Counted from the first letter of the stretch, positions 8,401 through 17,075 are shown. The stretch: 64,000 nucleotides of DNA from Longimicrobiales bacterium (GCA_965200255.1 OZ241371.1:2187288-2251287), one strand, 5' to 3'. The notes: a model not told the origin generated them from the sequence alone. A program made the numbers and translations.

Positions 8401-10515
8401 GGAAGGTGCGGGGCGGCTTCGACGTGGTCCTGGGGAACCCGCCGTGGGTGAAGGTGGAGTGGAAGGAGAGCGGGGTGTTGGGAGACTATCGTCCGTTGGT
8501 GGCGATTCGGAAGTACCGGGCGGCGCGGATTGCTGCGATGCGGAGCGACGCGTTCGAGGAGCGCGCCGGGTTGCGGGACGCCTGGTTCGAAGAGATGGAG
8601 GGCGCGAGCGCCATGCAGGCGTTCTTGAACGCGGTGCAGAACCACCCATTTCTCCGTGGCCAAAAAGCCAACTTGTACAAGTGCTTCGTGCCGCGGGCGT
8701 GGATGATTACGGGCGAAGACGGGGTGGCGGGGTTGCTGCATCCCGAGGGTGTGTATGATGACCCGAGCGGTGGCGTTTTCCGGGAGGCATTGTATCCACG
8801 GTTGCGGTCACACTATCAGTTCTTGAACGAGTTGAAACTGTTCGAGGAGGTGGACCACCACACCAAGTTCAGCGTCAACGTCTACGGCAGGGCGTTGACG
8901 ACACCGCGGTTCAAGCATATCGCCAACCTCTTCGCACCTGCGACCGTTGACGCCTGTCTTGACCACAACGGCCAGGGACCTGTGCCGGGTATCAAAGACG
9001 ATGACAACAAGTGGAACACCGCTGGCCATTCACACCGTATTGTCAAGGTCGATGTCGATGGCCTTGCCGTGTTTGCGACGTTGTACGATGCGCCGAACAC
9101 GCCGGCGCGCCGTGCACGGTTGCCCGCCCTGCATGCCGAGACGTTGCTGCGAGTGCTGCGCAAACTTGCCGCACATCCCTTGCGGCTCGGCGACTTGACG
9201 AAGGAGGATTTCACTGTGTCGCAGCATTGGAATGAAACGATTGCCCAACGTGACGGCACCATCCGCCGCAGAACCCGGTTTCCAGAGACCGCGCCCGATT
9301 TGGTGTTCTCGGGCCCCCACTTCTTCGTCGGCAACCCGAGCTACAAGACGCCGCGCCGGACCTGCACGCTGAGCAGCCACTACGATGTCCTGGACCTCAC
9401 CACCGTGCCGGACGACTACCTGCCACGCACCAACTACATCCCAGCGTGCACACCCACCGAGTACGCACGGCGCACGCCCCGCGTATCGTGGATCGAGCCC
9501 GGCGAGGCGCCGCCCGGCGAGGCATCGCCCAGTGAGGCGCCGCCCGGCAAGGCACCGCTCGGCGAGGCGCCACCCGGTAAGGAAAAATCGCGCAAGGTCA
9601 CGGACTACTACCGCGTGATGAATCGTGAGATGGTAGCCCCTGCCATGGAACGCACGCTCATCCCGACGCTGATTCCAAGGGAAGCCGCACTGATCCACAC
9701 GAATGCAGCCACCGCATTTCGCCGAGCGGGCGAAGGCGTGGACTTCGCCGCCCTCACGATGTCCACCGTCCTCGACTTCTTCATCAAGAGCACCGGAACC
9801 GGCAATGTGAACCTCGCCTGGCTCTCCCGTCTTCCCCTCCTCACCCCCGACACCCCTTCCGGCCTCCGCGCCGCTCTACGTCTCCGCACCCTCCTGCTCA
9901 ACTGCCTCACGATTCACTACGCCGAGCTCTGGGACGAGCTCTACGATCCCGCCTTCATCAGCCGACCGCTGGACCAGGGACGATCCCCGCCTGCCATCTC
10001 ACCATTTCACGGACCTTGAAGCCGAATGGTCGTGGTTCACCCCGCTGCGTACCGACTTTGCGCGCCGTCAGGCCCTCGTCGAAATCGACGTACTGGCCGC
10101 CATGGCGCTCAATCTCACCCTCGACGAGCTCCTGACCCTCTACCGCGTCCAGTTTCCCGTCCTGCGACATTACGAATCGGACACCTGGTATGACGCGAAC
10201 GGTCGCACTGTATTCACATCCTCCAAGGGACTTCCCGGCGTCGGCCTCCCCCGCACGGCGCGAAAAGGGGACACCGCATACGGCCTCCGCACGCCCCACC
10301 GCAGCGACACCGGCATCGCCCTCGGCTGGAACGACGTGCGGCACCTCGCGAACGGCGTCGTCACCCGCACAATCGAAGACGACACCCTGCCCGACGGCCC
10401 CTTCGAGCGCACTATCGAGTACCACGCCCCCTTCGACCGCTGCGACCGCGAGGAAGACTACCGCACGGCCTGGGACGCCTTCGAGCGACGGTTCGGGACG
10501 GGGAAGTCGCTCTGA
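5446..10515 (+). pseudogene. giant Eco57I/PglX-like gamma-class N6-adenine DNA methyltransferase, interrupted by two frameshifts (~6865-6885 and ~9955-9970)
   Basis: Three + strand ORF pieces join into ~1,690 codons: 5446-~6880 (frame 1), ~6882-~9965 (frame 3), ~9967-10515 (frame 1). Motifs, in order: EQEFYSNHYL; SYAHLGINQLGSVYESL; YYTPESLTRCVV; motif I CEPAMGSAAFL; motif IV VLGNPPWVKVEW; RRQALVEIDVLAAMALNLTLDELLTLYRVQFPVL; DTWYDANGRTVFTS. The pseudogene call is provisional because the indels could be assembly errors. Confidence 0.7.
9501..9575 (+). repeat. in-frame 5 x 15-nt tandem repeat (GEAPP/GEASP/SEAPP/GKAPL/GEAPP) inside the methyltransferase
   Basis: Read directly: ggcgaggcgccgccc-like units at 9501, 9516, 9531, 9546 and 9561. 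Confidence 0.9.
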
Positions 10516-10679
10516 TGCAACGGGATACGACCCAGACATAGCTTTCCGAACCACCGCCTGCAAGTCCATCGCCGCCCAAGGACATCGCGCGAAACAACGG
10601 GCCGCCAAGGACGAACCACGGCGAGAACTCGAACGAGCGGGCCAAGGAGAGATACGGCAGGCCACGCTGCGAAGACATC

Positions 10680-11093
10680 ATGGCGCGCGGGATCAGAACG
10701 CCGCTAGAATACAAGGACCATCCCATCGACTTGTTGAAGGAGGCCACCGACATGCACAGCACCGCCGCTGCCTACCGCCAGTCCCTCGACGATCTGATGA
10801 ACCAAAGCCGCGAGCAGGGGATCCGCCAGGGCCGCGAGCAGGGGATCCGCCAGGGCCGCGAGCAGGGGATTCGCCAGGGCCGCGAGCAGGGAATCCGCCA
10901 CGGCGAGAAACAGAGCTTGGTGCGCCTAGCCACGTTGAAGTTCGGACGGGACGCGGGTGAAGCGTTTTCGAACTTGGTCGGCAGCTCCAGGGGAGCGGAT
11001 TTGGACGGCTTGGCCGCCGCGATTCTGGAAAGCGAATCGGCCAGCGCGTTGCTCGACCGCGCCAGGAATCTGCCCGGTCAGGCTGCCCCGTAA
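10680..11093 (+). CDS. stand-alone Rpn C-terminal-domain ORF (137 aa) with REQGIRQG x4 expansion
   Basis: ATG ORF. LEYKDHPIDLLKEATDMHSTAAAYRQSLDDL...KFGRDAGEAFSNLVGSSRGADLDGLAAAILESES..LLDRARNLPGQAAP is nearly identical to the C-terminus of the neighbouring full-length Rpn. Whether it is expressed is unknown. Confidence 0.5.
   Translation: MARGIRTPLEYKDHPIDLLKEATDMHSTAAAYRQSLDDLMNQSREQGIRQGREQGIRQGREQGIRQGREQGIRHGEKQSLVRLATLKFGRDAGEAFSNLVGSSRGADLDGLAAAILESESASALLDRARNLPGQAAP
10704..11093 (+). repeat. segmental duplication, copy A (rpn 3' region)
   Basis: Near-identical by eye to 11879-12172, apart from the 24-bp repeat expansion. Weaker similarity continues ~30 nt past both stop codons. Confidence 0.85.
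10809..10904 (+). repeat. in-frame 4 x 24-bp tandem repeat (cgcgagcaggggatccgccagggc)
   Basis: Read directly: units at 10809, 10833, 10857 and 10881. The first two are identical; the last two carry 1-3 substitutions. Confidence 0.9.
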
Positions 11094-11254
11094 GGCATCG
11101 GCTTCCAAAGCCCTGAAGCCACAGGATACGACCGAGGAACAAATGTCTTGCGCGCATCCAAAATTAGTCCCATCCAGCTATGGCAACGCCCCTGACTTTC
11201 CTGCACCGTTAACGGGACAAGCGCGACCCTCGCGCTCCGAACGTCAGGGAGCCC

Positions 11255-12172
11255 ATGTACGACGTCATCCTGAAGCGGCTGTTCGCCAACCCCATTATGG
11301 TGGAAGAGACCATCCGAAGTCACTTGCCCGACTGGGCCGAGCGGTTGGATTTCTCCACGCTGCGGCAGGACCCGACCGAGCTCATCGGCGAGAAAGCCCT
11401 CAAGCGCCTACCCGACGTCGCGTGGAGCGCTCGCTCGAAGGCGGACGACACCGACTTCCTGCTCCTGCTTGAGTTTCAAGGCGCTTCGGATCCCGACATG
11501 GCGGCGCGCACGACGGCCAGCAAGGTCCTGGCCGTCCAGGCGCATCGCCGCAAGCAACGATCGGACAAGCAGCGGCCCCCGCGCAATATTGAAATCGAAG
11601 TGGTCGTGCTGTATCATGGCGCGGTCCGATGGACAGCCAGCAGGGGCATGGACGAGATCGTGCGGGGGCGGCGCGTCGACAGGTATCACTTGCTCGATCC
11701 GATGCTGCCCGAGGCGTCCCGCCTGACCCGACGGCACCTGCCGGAACTGTTTCTGATCACTTCGCGCGCCCGGACCGTGGGTGAATTCGGGTTCCCGTTC
11801 TCGGAAATCGTTCGAGTGGTGGACGAGGTTGGCGATCCGGAGCTTGAGAAAGCCGCGTTGCGCGCGCTCAAGGAATTGTTAGAGTACAAGGACCATCCCA
11901 TCGACTTGTTGAAGGAGGCCACCGACATGCACAGCACCGCCGCTGCTTACCGTCAGTCCCTCGACGATCTGATCCGCCAGGGCGAGAAACAGACCTTGGT
12001 GCGAATGGCGGCCATGAAGTTCGGACGGGACGCGGGTGAAGCGTTATCGAACTTGGTCGGAAGCTCCAGGGGAGCGGATTTGGACGGCTTGGCCGCCGCG
12101 ATTCTGGAAAGCGAATCGGCCAACGCGTTGCTCGACCGCGCCAGGAATCTGCCCGGTCAGGCCGCTCCATAA
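11255..12172 (+). CDS. Rpn family recombination-promoting nuclease / putative transposase (PD-(D/E)XK, YhgA-like)
   Basis: 305 aa: MYDVILKRLFANP..., then DVAWSARSKADDTDFLLLLEFQGASDPDMAARTTASKVL (the D...EFQ core typical of the family), then a C-terminal helical domain. Confidence 0.8.
   Translation: MYDVILKRLFANPIMVEETIRSHLPDWAERLDFSTLRQDPTELIGEKALKRLPDVAWSARSKADDTDFLLLLEFQGASDPDMAARTTASKVLAVQAHRRKQRSDKQRPPRNIEIEVVVLYHGAVRWTASRGMDEIVRGRRVDRYHLLDPMLPEASRLTRRHLPELFLITSRARTVGEFGFPFSEIVRVVDEVGDPELEKAALRALKELLEYKDHPIDLLKEATDMHSTAAAYRQSLDDLIRQGEKQTLVRMAAMKFGRDAGEALSNLVGSSRGADLDGLAAAILESESANALLDRARNLPGQAAP
11879..12172 (+). repeat. segmental duplication, copy B (rpn 3' region)
   Basis: Matches 10704-11093 but carries only a partial repeat unit (atccgccagggc). 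Confidence 0.85.
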
Positions 12173-12392
12173 GCTACGGCTCCGAGGTCCCTGAGGTACG
12201 CATCCCGGCGCCGGTAGAGCCGCACGCCCATGGACAGCCTGTTGCGTGACGCCTTCGACGGCGCTCCTACGAGCCGTCCGCGGTAACATGGTGGCGCGTT
12301 TTCCGCTACGCTAATGGGGTCATTTTCTCGCCACCTCCCCGCTCCGTCGCCCACCACGCCCTGCAACCTACCGTGCCCCAGCCCCCGACGCC

Positions 12393-12953
12393 ATGAACCA
12401 CCCTCTCACCATTCCCGTCCTCGTGGGGTCAGTGCGACGGGGGCGCCAGTCGATCAAGGCGGCCCGCTTCGCCAGCCAAAGGCTCGAACGAGCCGGCGCA
12501 TGCGCCCCGCTGCTTGATCTGGCCGAGATCAACCTCCCGATCATGGAGGAGCGTCTCGGCAAGCGCGACGACCCACCCGCGGGGCTGGTCGGATTCTCTC
12601 AATCGATTCGCGACGCCGACGCGGTGGTGGTCGTCAGTCCCGAGTACAATGGGTCCATGCCGGGCGTGCTCAAGAACGCGCTGGACTACCTCTACGGGGA
12701 ATGGTACCGGAAACCGGTGGGAATTGTGACAGTATCGGGCGGCGGCTTCGGCGGCGTGCAGGTCCACAACCACCTTCAGCTGCTTTTTCTGCGACTGAAG
12801 GCGCTTCCCGTAGCGGGCATGGCCGTTTCTCAGGTTGCTCGCAGCTTCAGCGAGTCAGGCAAACCGACAAGCGACCGATACCTCAAGTCCTTCGCAGGCT
12901 TCATCGACACGTTGACCTGGTACGCGCGCGTGATCAACGCCGCAACGGAGTAA
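12393..12953 (+). CDS. NAD(P)H-dependent FMN reductase family oxidoreductase
   Basis: 186 aa: IPVLVGSVRRGRQS, VVVSPEYNGSMPGVLKNALDYL. Confidence 0.85.
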   Translation: MNHPLTIPVLVGSVRRGRQSIKAARFASQRLERAGACAPLLDLAEINLPIMEERLGKRDDPPAGLVGFSQSIRDADAVVVVSPEYNGSMPGVLKNALDYLYGEWYRKPVGIVTVSGGGFGGVQVHNHLQLLFLRLKALPVAGMAVSQVARSFSESGKPTSDRYLKSFAGFIDTLTWYARVINAATE

Positions 12954-12999
12954 GTAGACATGCCAGACGCCCTGCCTGCATTCAGCGGCCGCTAGACCA

Positions 13000-14547
13000 A
13001 TGGGATCGTTCTATCTCACGACGCCGATCTACTACGCTTCGGGCGAACCTCACTTGGGACACGCGTACACCACCATTCTGGCCGACGTTCTGGCGCGCTA
13101 CCACCGCCGGGCCGGAGACGACGTGCTCTTCCTCACCGGAACCGACGAGCACGGCCAGAAGATCCAGGAGGCTGCCGCGGAGCACGGCCTGACCCCTTTG
13201 GAACTCTGCGACCTCATGGCCGACCGCTTCAAGGCGGCCTGGGTCGAGCTCGGCATCTCCAACGATCGCTTCATCCGCACCACGGAGCCGGAGCATATCG
13301 CCGTCGTGAGCGCGCTGCTGGAACGCCTGTACGACAACGGGTTCATCTACGAGGCGGACTACGCGGGTTGGTATTCGGTCAGTCAGGAACGGTACTTCAC
13401 CGAAAAGGAGATTGGACCGGACCGCGTCGATCCCATCGCCGGCAAGCCCGTCACGAGGATTCGCGAGAAGAACTGGTTCTTCAAGATGAGCCTGTTTCGC
13501 GATCGTCTGATTGCGCACATCAAGGAGCACCCGGAATGGATCGTGCCGGCAACGCGCCGAAACGAGGTGCTCGGCTTCCTGAACCGACCGCTCGACGACC
13601 TTTCCATTTCCCGACCCCGCTCTCGGATCAGCTGGGGGATTCCCATTCCGTGGGATCCGGACCAGGTGACCTACGTTTGGGTGGACGCGCTCACCAACTA
13701 CGTGACAGCTTCCGGAGCGATTGATCCCGGTGCGCCCAGGGAAAAGCGAGGGTTCGGCGATCCCCTGCCGTCGCGCTGGCCGGCCGATGTTCACCTAATG
13801 GGAAAGGACATCATCACGACGCACGCGGTGTATTGGCCTATCCTGCTCATGGGGGCCGACTTGGCGTTGCCGCGGAAGATTCTCGCACACGGATGGTGGG
13901 TGGTCGGCGACACCAAGATGTCCAAGTCGCTGGGCAACGTGGTGGACCCCCTCGACCTGCGCAACGTCTATGGGACCGACGCGGTGCGCTGGTACCTGAT
14001 GCGCGAAATGGCCACGGGCCAGGACGCCTCGTACACGCCCGAGCGCTTTCTCATCCGATACGACGAATTGCGCAACATCTTCGGCAACCTGGCCCACCGC
14101 ACTCTTTCCATGATCAAGCGCTATCGGGGCGGTATCGTACCCGGGGCTCGCGACGACGGCCTCGAGGCGGAAACCGCGACCGCCCTTGCGGAATACCGAC
14201 GCGGACTCGATCGCTACCGACTCCACGAGGGGTTCGCGGCGGCCATGGATCTGGCTAGAGCAGCCAACGGGTTCATCGAAGGGTCGGAGCCATGGGCGCT
14301 CGCGCGGGACCCTCGGCGGGACGCCGACCTGGATCAGGTGCTCGCCACCTTGGCGCGCACGCTGGCCGTGTTGGCCTGCCTGTTCGAGCCCGTAACGCCA
14401 GCGAAGGCGGCCGAGCTGGCAACCCGGCTGGGTCTCGCCGAAGTCCCACATTTTGCGGACTTGGGCGACGTGCGCTTGGCCGGACTCCAGACCACCGTAC
14501 GGACGCCGTTGTTCCCGCGCGTAGACGCTGCCCGCGCGGAAGCTTGA
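13000..14547 (+). CDS. metG: methionine--tRNA ligase (short form)
   Basis: TTPIYYASGEPHLGHAYTT (HIGH region) and KMSKSLGNVVDP (KMSKS). Confidence 0.95.
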   Translation: MGSFYLTTPIYYASGEPHLGHAYTTILADVLARYHRRAGDDVLFLTGTDEHGQKIQEAAAEHGLTPLELCDLMADRFKAAWVELGISNDRFIRTTEPEHIAVVSALLERLYDNGFIYEADYAGWYSVSQERYFTEKEIGPDRVDPIAGKPVTRIREKNWFFKMSLFRDRLIAHIKEHPEWIVPATRRNEVLGFLNRPLDDLSISRPRSRISWGIPIPWDPDQVTYVWVDALTNYVTASGAIDPGAPREKRGFGDPLPSRWPADVHLMGKDIITTHAVYWPILLMGADLALPRKILAHGWWVVGDTKMSKSLGNVVDPLDLRNVYGTDAVRWYLMREMATGQDASYTPERFLIRYDELRNIFGNLAHRTLSMIKRYRGGIVPGARDDGLEAETATALAEYRRGLDRYRLHEGFAAAMDLARAANGFIEGSEPWALARDPRRDADLDQVLATLARTLAVLACLFEPVTPAKAAELATRLGLAEVPHFADLGDVRLAGLQTTVRTPLFPRVDAARAEA

Positions 14548-14589
14548 CCTGGGCGACGGCACCGGGTATCGTGTTGGGTTGACGAGTGC

Positions 14590-15555
14590 TTGGGATTCCC
14601 TTGGAGGTGCGTGATTAGCGGCAACAAAGGTAAATGGACGGTGCTCTTCCTACGAGAAGGAACCGATAGGATACGACAATTCTCGCCGTCCGCGTGGGTG
14701 GTGCGCCGCGGATTCGTGTTGGCGTGCGCGCTGGTTGGGTTGCTGGCCGGGGCGACCGGGTATTTCCTCTTCGACACTGGAGTTCGCGGACGCGCGGCGC
14801 TTCTCGCCCGCGAGAATCGCCTGCTCATGGCCGAGGTGGAGCAGATGCGCGCCTCGGTTTCCGAGCTGGACCGTCGAATCGCCGTGCTGGCGGAAAAAGA
14901 CCGCAGAGTGCGACTGGTTGCAGGCTTGCTTGAGATCGACGAAGACGTGCTCGACGTCGGCATCGGTGGGCCGGGCCTCGAATCAGCCAACGAGAGCGAG
15001 CTGTGGGCGTTGGACCGAGAGGCGTCCGAAGCCGCCTACGCGATTCGCTACGACCTGGCGTTCCTGTTGCGCAGGGCCAACCTGTTGAGCAGCAGTTTCT
15101 CCGAGACGGAGGAATCCCTGGAGGAGCGACGGGAACGCCTCAGATTCACCCCGTCCATCCTTCCGACCAAGGGACCGATTTCGAGCGCCTTCAACGTCAG
15201 CAGGCTGCATCCCGTCTTCAGGATCTACGCGCCGCACGACGGCATCGACCAGAACGCCGAGCGCGGCACCCCGTTCGTGGCCACCGCCGACGGCGTGGTG
15301 TCGTTCGCGGGGTGGAAGCCCGGCTTGGGCAACACGGTCGAAATAGACCACGGCTTTGGTGCAACTACGGTTTACGGTCACGCCTCCAAGTTGTTGGTGG
15401 CCGCCGGCGCCAGGGTGTGGCGCGGAGACGTGATCGGTCTCGTCGGCTGCACCGGCGTGTGCACCGGGCCGCACGTACACTACGAGGTCCACATCGACGG
15501 TCGCCCGGTCGATCCGCTGCGGTACGTGCTGCGCAGCATTCCAGGGACGGAGTGA
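14590..15555 (+). CDS. M23 family metallopeptidase (LytM/NlpD-like)
   Basis: HDGIDQNAERGTPFVATADGVV...GNTVEIDHGFG..TVYGHAS...GCTGVCTGPHVHYEV. The start is uncertain: TTG at 14590, or GTG at 14611 after GGAGG. Confidence 0.85.
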   Translation: MGFPWRCVISGNKGKWTVLFLREGTDRIRQFSPSAWVVRRGFVLACALVGLLAGATGYFLFDTGVRGRAALLARENRLLMAEVEQMRASVSELDRRIAVLAEKDRRVRLVAGLLEIDEDVLDVGIGGPGLESANESELWALDREASEAAYAIRYDLAFLLRRANLLSSSFSETEESLEERRERLRFTPSILPTKGPISSAFNVSRLHPVFRIYAPHDGIDQNAERGTPFVATADGVVSFAGWKPGLGNTVEIDHGFGATTVYGHASKLLVAAGARVWRGDVIGLVGCTGVCTGPHVHYEVHIDGRPVDPLRYVLRSIPGTE

Positions 15556-15653
15556 GTTAGCCAAGCTTTGCGTTCTTTACACGGAAGGTCTTCTGGGCTT
15601 ATTTTGGGCGTTCCGATATCCTCAAGCATTGCGTGAACTTCAGGGAGCAAGCA

Positions 15654-16427
15654 ATGACGCGACTGAAAAATGGCATCGTGCTGGCGGCGATTCTGGCACC
15701 AATCACCTTGGCGGCATGTGGTCCGGCGGACGTGAGCGTGTACGTGGCGCTCGGCGACGACGAGAACCCCGATCCACTCGACGCCGTAGAGGTGCGGCTC
15801 CTGCCGTACGATCGCGATCAGATTTTCGATTCTCTTGCGGCAGCGGCGACCGCGCCGGAGCCGCAGATTCCAGCCGATCTGCTGGCCGCCCAGGAAGAGA
15901 TCGCTGCGGCCCAGCAAGAGTGGAGAGACGCCGAGGATCGCTGGAACATTCTGCGGGACACTCTGAACACGCTCAACACGGCCTTGGAAGGCCTCAATCC
16001 AGGCGAAAGTCTGTACCGGGCGATCTATAACGAGTGGCAGGATCTTGAATCGGAGCTGAACCGCACCGAGGGACGCGTCGCCGCGCTGTTCAATACCTTT
16101 AACGAGCTGCAGCAGGCGGCAATCGGAAGGATGGACAGCATGAGGGCGGTGCAAGGCGACTGGGCAGACATGGCGTTCGAGGACTACGATCTGGTCCGGG
16201 CCGCAAGATTGGACGCGACGGGACTCGAGGAGCTCGCGGACACGACGGACGCAAACGGCATCGCGGACTTCCAGGACGGCGTCGCGCCTGGCATGTACTG
16301 GGTAAACGCTCGACACTCGCTGCCGTACGACGAGCTCTACTGGAACGTCGCGATTACGGTGACGCGCGAAGAGCCGCTGATCCTGCGCCTCATGCGAGAA
16401 AACGCCGAAGTTCGACCCATATTCTGA
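15654..16427 (+). CDS. hypothetical lipoprotein (coiled-coil-rich)
   Basis: ATG preceded by GGGAG. Signal peptide plus lipobox, MTRLKNGIVLAAILAPITLAAC. No recognised catalytic motif. Confidence 0.6.
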   Translation: MTRLKNGIVLAAILAPITLAACGPADVSVYVALGDDENPDPLDAVEVRLLPYDRDQIFDSLAAAATAPEPQIPADLLAAQEEIAAAQQEWRDAEDRWNILRDTLNTLNTALEGLNPGESLYRAIYNEWQDLESELNRTEGRVAALFNTFNELQQAAIGRMDSMRAVQGDWADMAFEDYDLVRAARLDATGLEELADTTDANGIADFQDGVAPGMYWVNARHSLPYDELYWNVAITVTREEPLILRLMRENAEVRPIF

Positions 16428-16433
16428 CCGCGC

Positions 16434-17075
16434 TTGGGGGGCGGCCAGGTCGTCGGGATTGTGCTCGCGGCGGGGTCGTCCTCGCGCATGGGCACTTCGA
16501 AGGCGCTGCTTGACGCCGACGGCGTCACGTTCGTGGCAAGACTTGTCGATGTGCTGCGTCGAGGGGGTTGTGCGCCGGTGATCGTGGTGACCGCTGCGGG
16601 GTCCGGGGCGCTACCAGCCGAGGTGGATCGGTGCGGGGGACTTCCCGTCGTGAACCCACGAGGCGCGGGGGGTCAGATCGCGTCGCTCCGCGTGGCCTTG
16701 GACCACGCGCGCGTTGGGGGCAATCCGTCCGGCTGTGCGCATCCGCCCGACGCGTTCGTGTTCACGCCCGTCGACAATCCCGCCGTGCGCGCTCGTACGG
16801 TCGACAAGCTGATTCGCGGATGGCGGCAATCGCGGCTGCCCATCGTGATGCCGAGGTATGGCAGCCAACGAGGTCATCCGGTGCTGGTCGACATGAGGAT
16901 CGTGGACGAGTTTCGCGAACCGGGCTTGCAGGAAGGCGCCCGCTCGGTGGTGCGGCGCGACCCCGCGCGCGTCCTTGAAGTGACGGTCGACGATCGCGGT
17001 ACTGTCGACGACATCGACACGCCGCGTCGCTATCGTGCACGGTTTGGTGCGAATCGGGGCCCCGGCCAAGCGTGA
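16434..17075 (+). CDS. MobA/MocA-like molybdenum cofactor nucleotidyltransferase
   Basis: VGIVLAAGSSSRMGTSKALL N-terminal nucleotidyltransferase motif, FVFTPVDNP. Stop overlaps the next start (GTGA). Confidence 0.75.
   Translation: MGGGQVVGIVLAAGSSSRMGTSKALLDADGVTFVARLVDVLRRGGCAPVIVVTAAGSGALPAEVDRCGGLPVVNPRGAGGQIASLRVALDHARVGGNPSGCAHPPDAFVFTPVDNPAVRARTVDKLIRGWRQSRLPIVMPRYGSQRGHPVLVDMRIVDEFREPGLQEGARSVVRRDPARVLEVTVDDRGTVDDIDTPRRYRARFGANRGPGQA

Larger units (their letters stand above)
10523..11093 (+). pseudogene. 5'-truncated, internally deleted rpn (Rpn/YhgA-like PD-(D/E)XK) paralogue
   Basis: Frame-2 translation from 10523, GYDPDIAFRTTACKSIAAQGHRAKQRAAKDEPRRELE, aligns with residues ~76-110 of the intact Rpn (GASDPDMAARTTASKVLAVQAHRRKQRSDKQRPPRNIE). 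The first ~75 codons (the catalytic D...EFQ core) are missing, and ~250 nt are missing internally. The 3' part matches the intact copy almost exactly. Confidence 0.75.

Noticed and set aside
6860-9975. Programmed ribosomal frameshifting (a -1 then a +1 event) as the explanation for the split methyltransferase.
   Set aside because: There is no X-XXY-YYZ slippery heptamer or +1 hungry-codon context at either junction, and I could see no obvious downstream structure. Two independent programmed events 3.1 kb apart would be unprecedented. Indel mutation or assembly error is the simpler explanation.
10190-10960. A 256-aa ORF spanning the methyltransferase 3' end, the rpn remnant and the 24-bp repeats (PRAGDPPG x4).
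   Set aside because: It is a composite of three different things read in one accidental frame. Only its middle (10523-~10640) corresponds to real, remnant rpn coding sequence.
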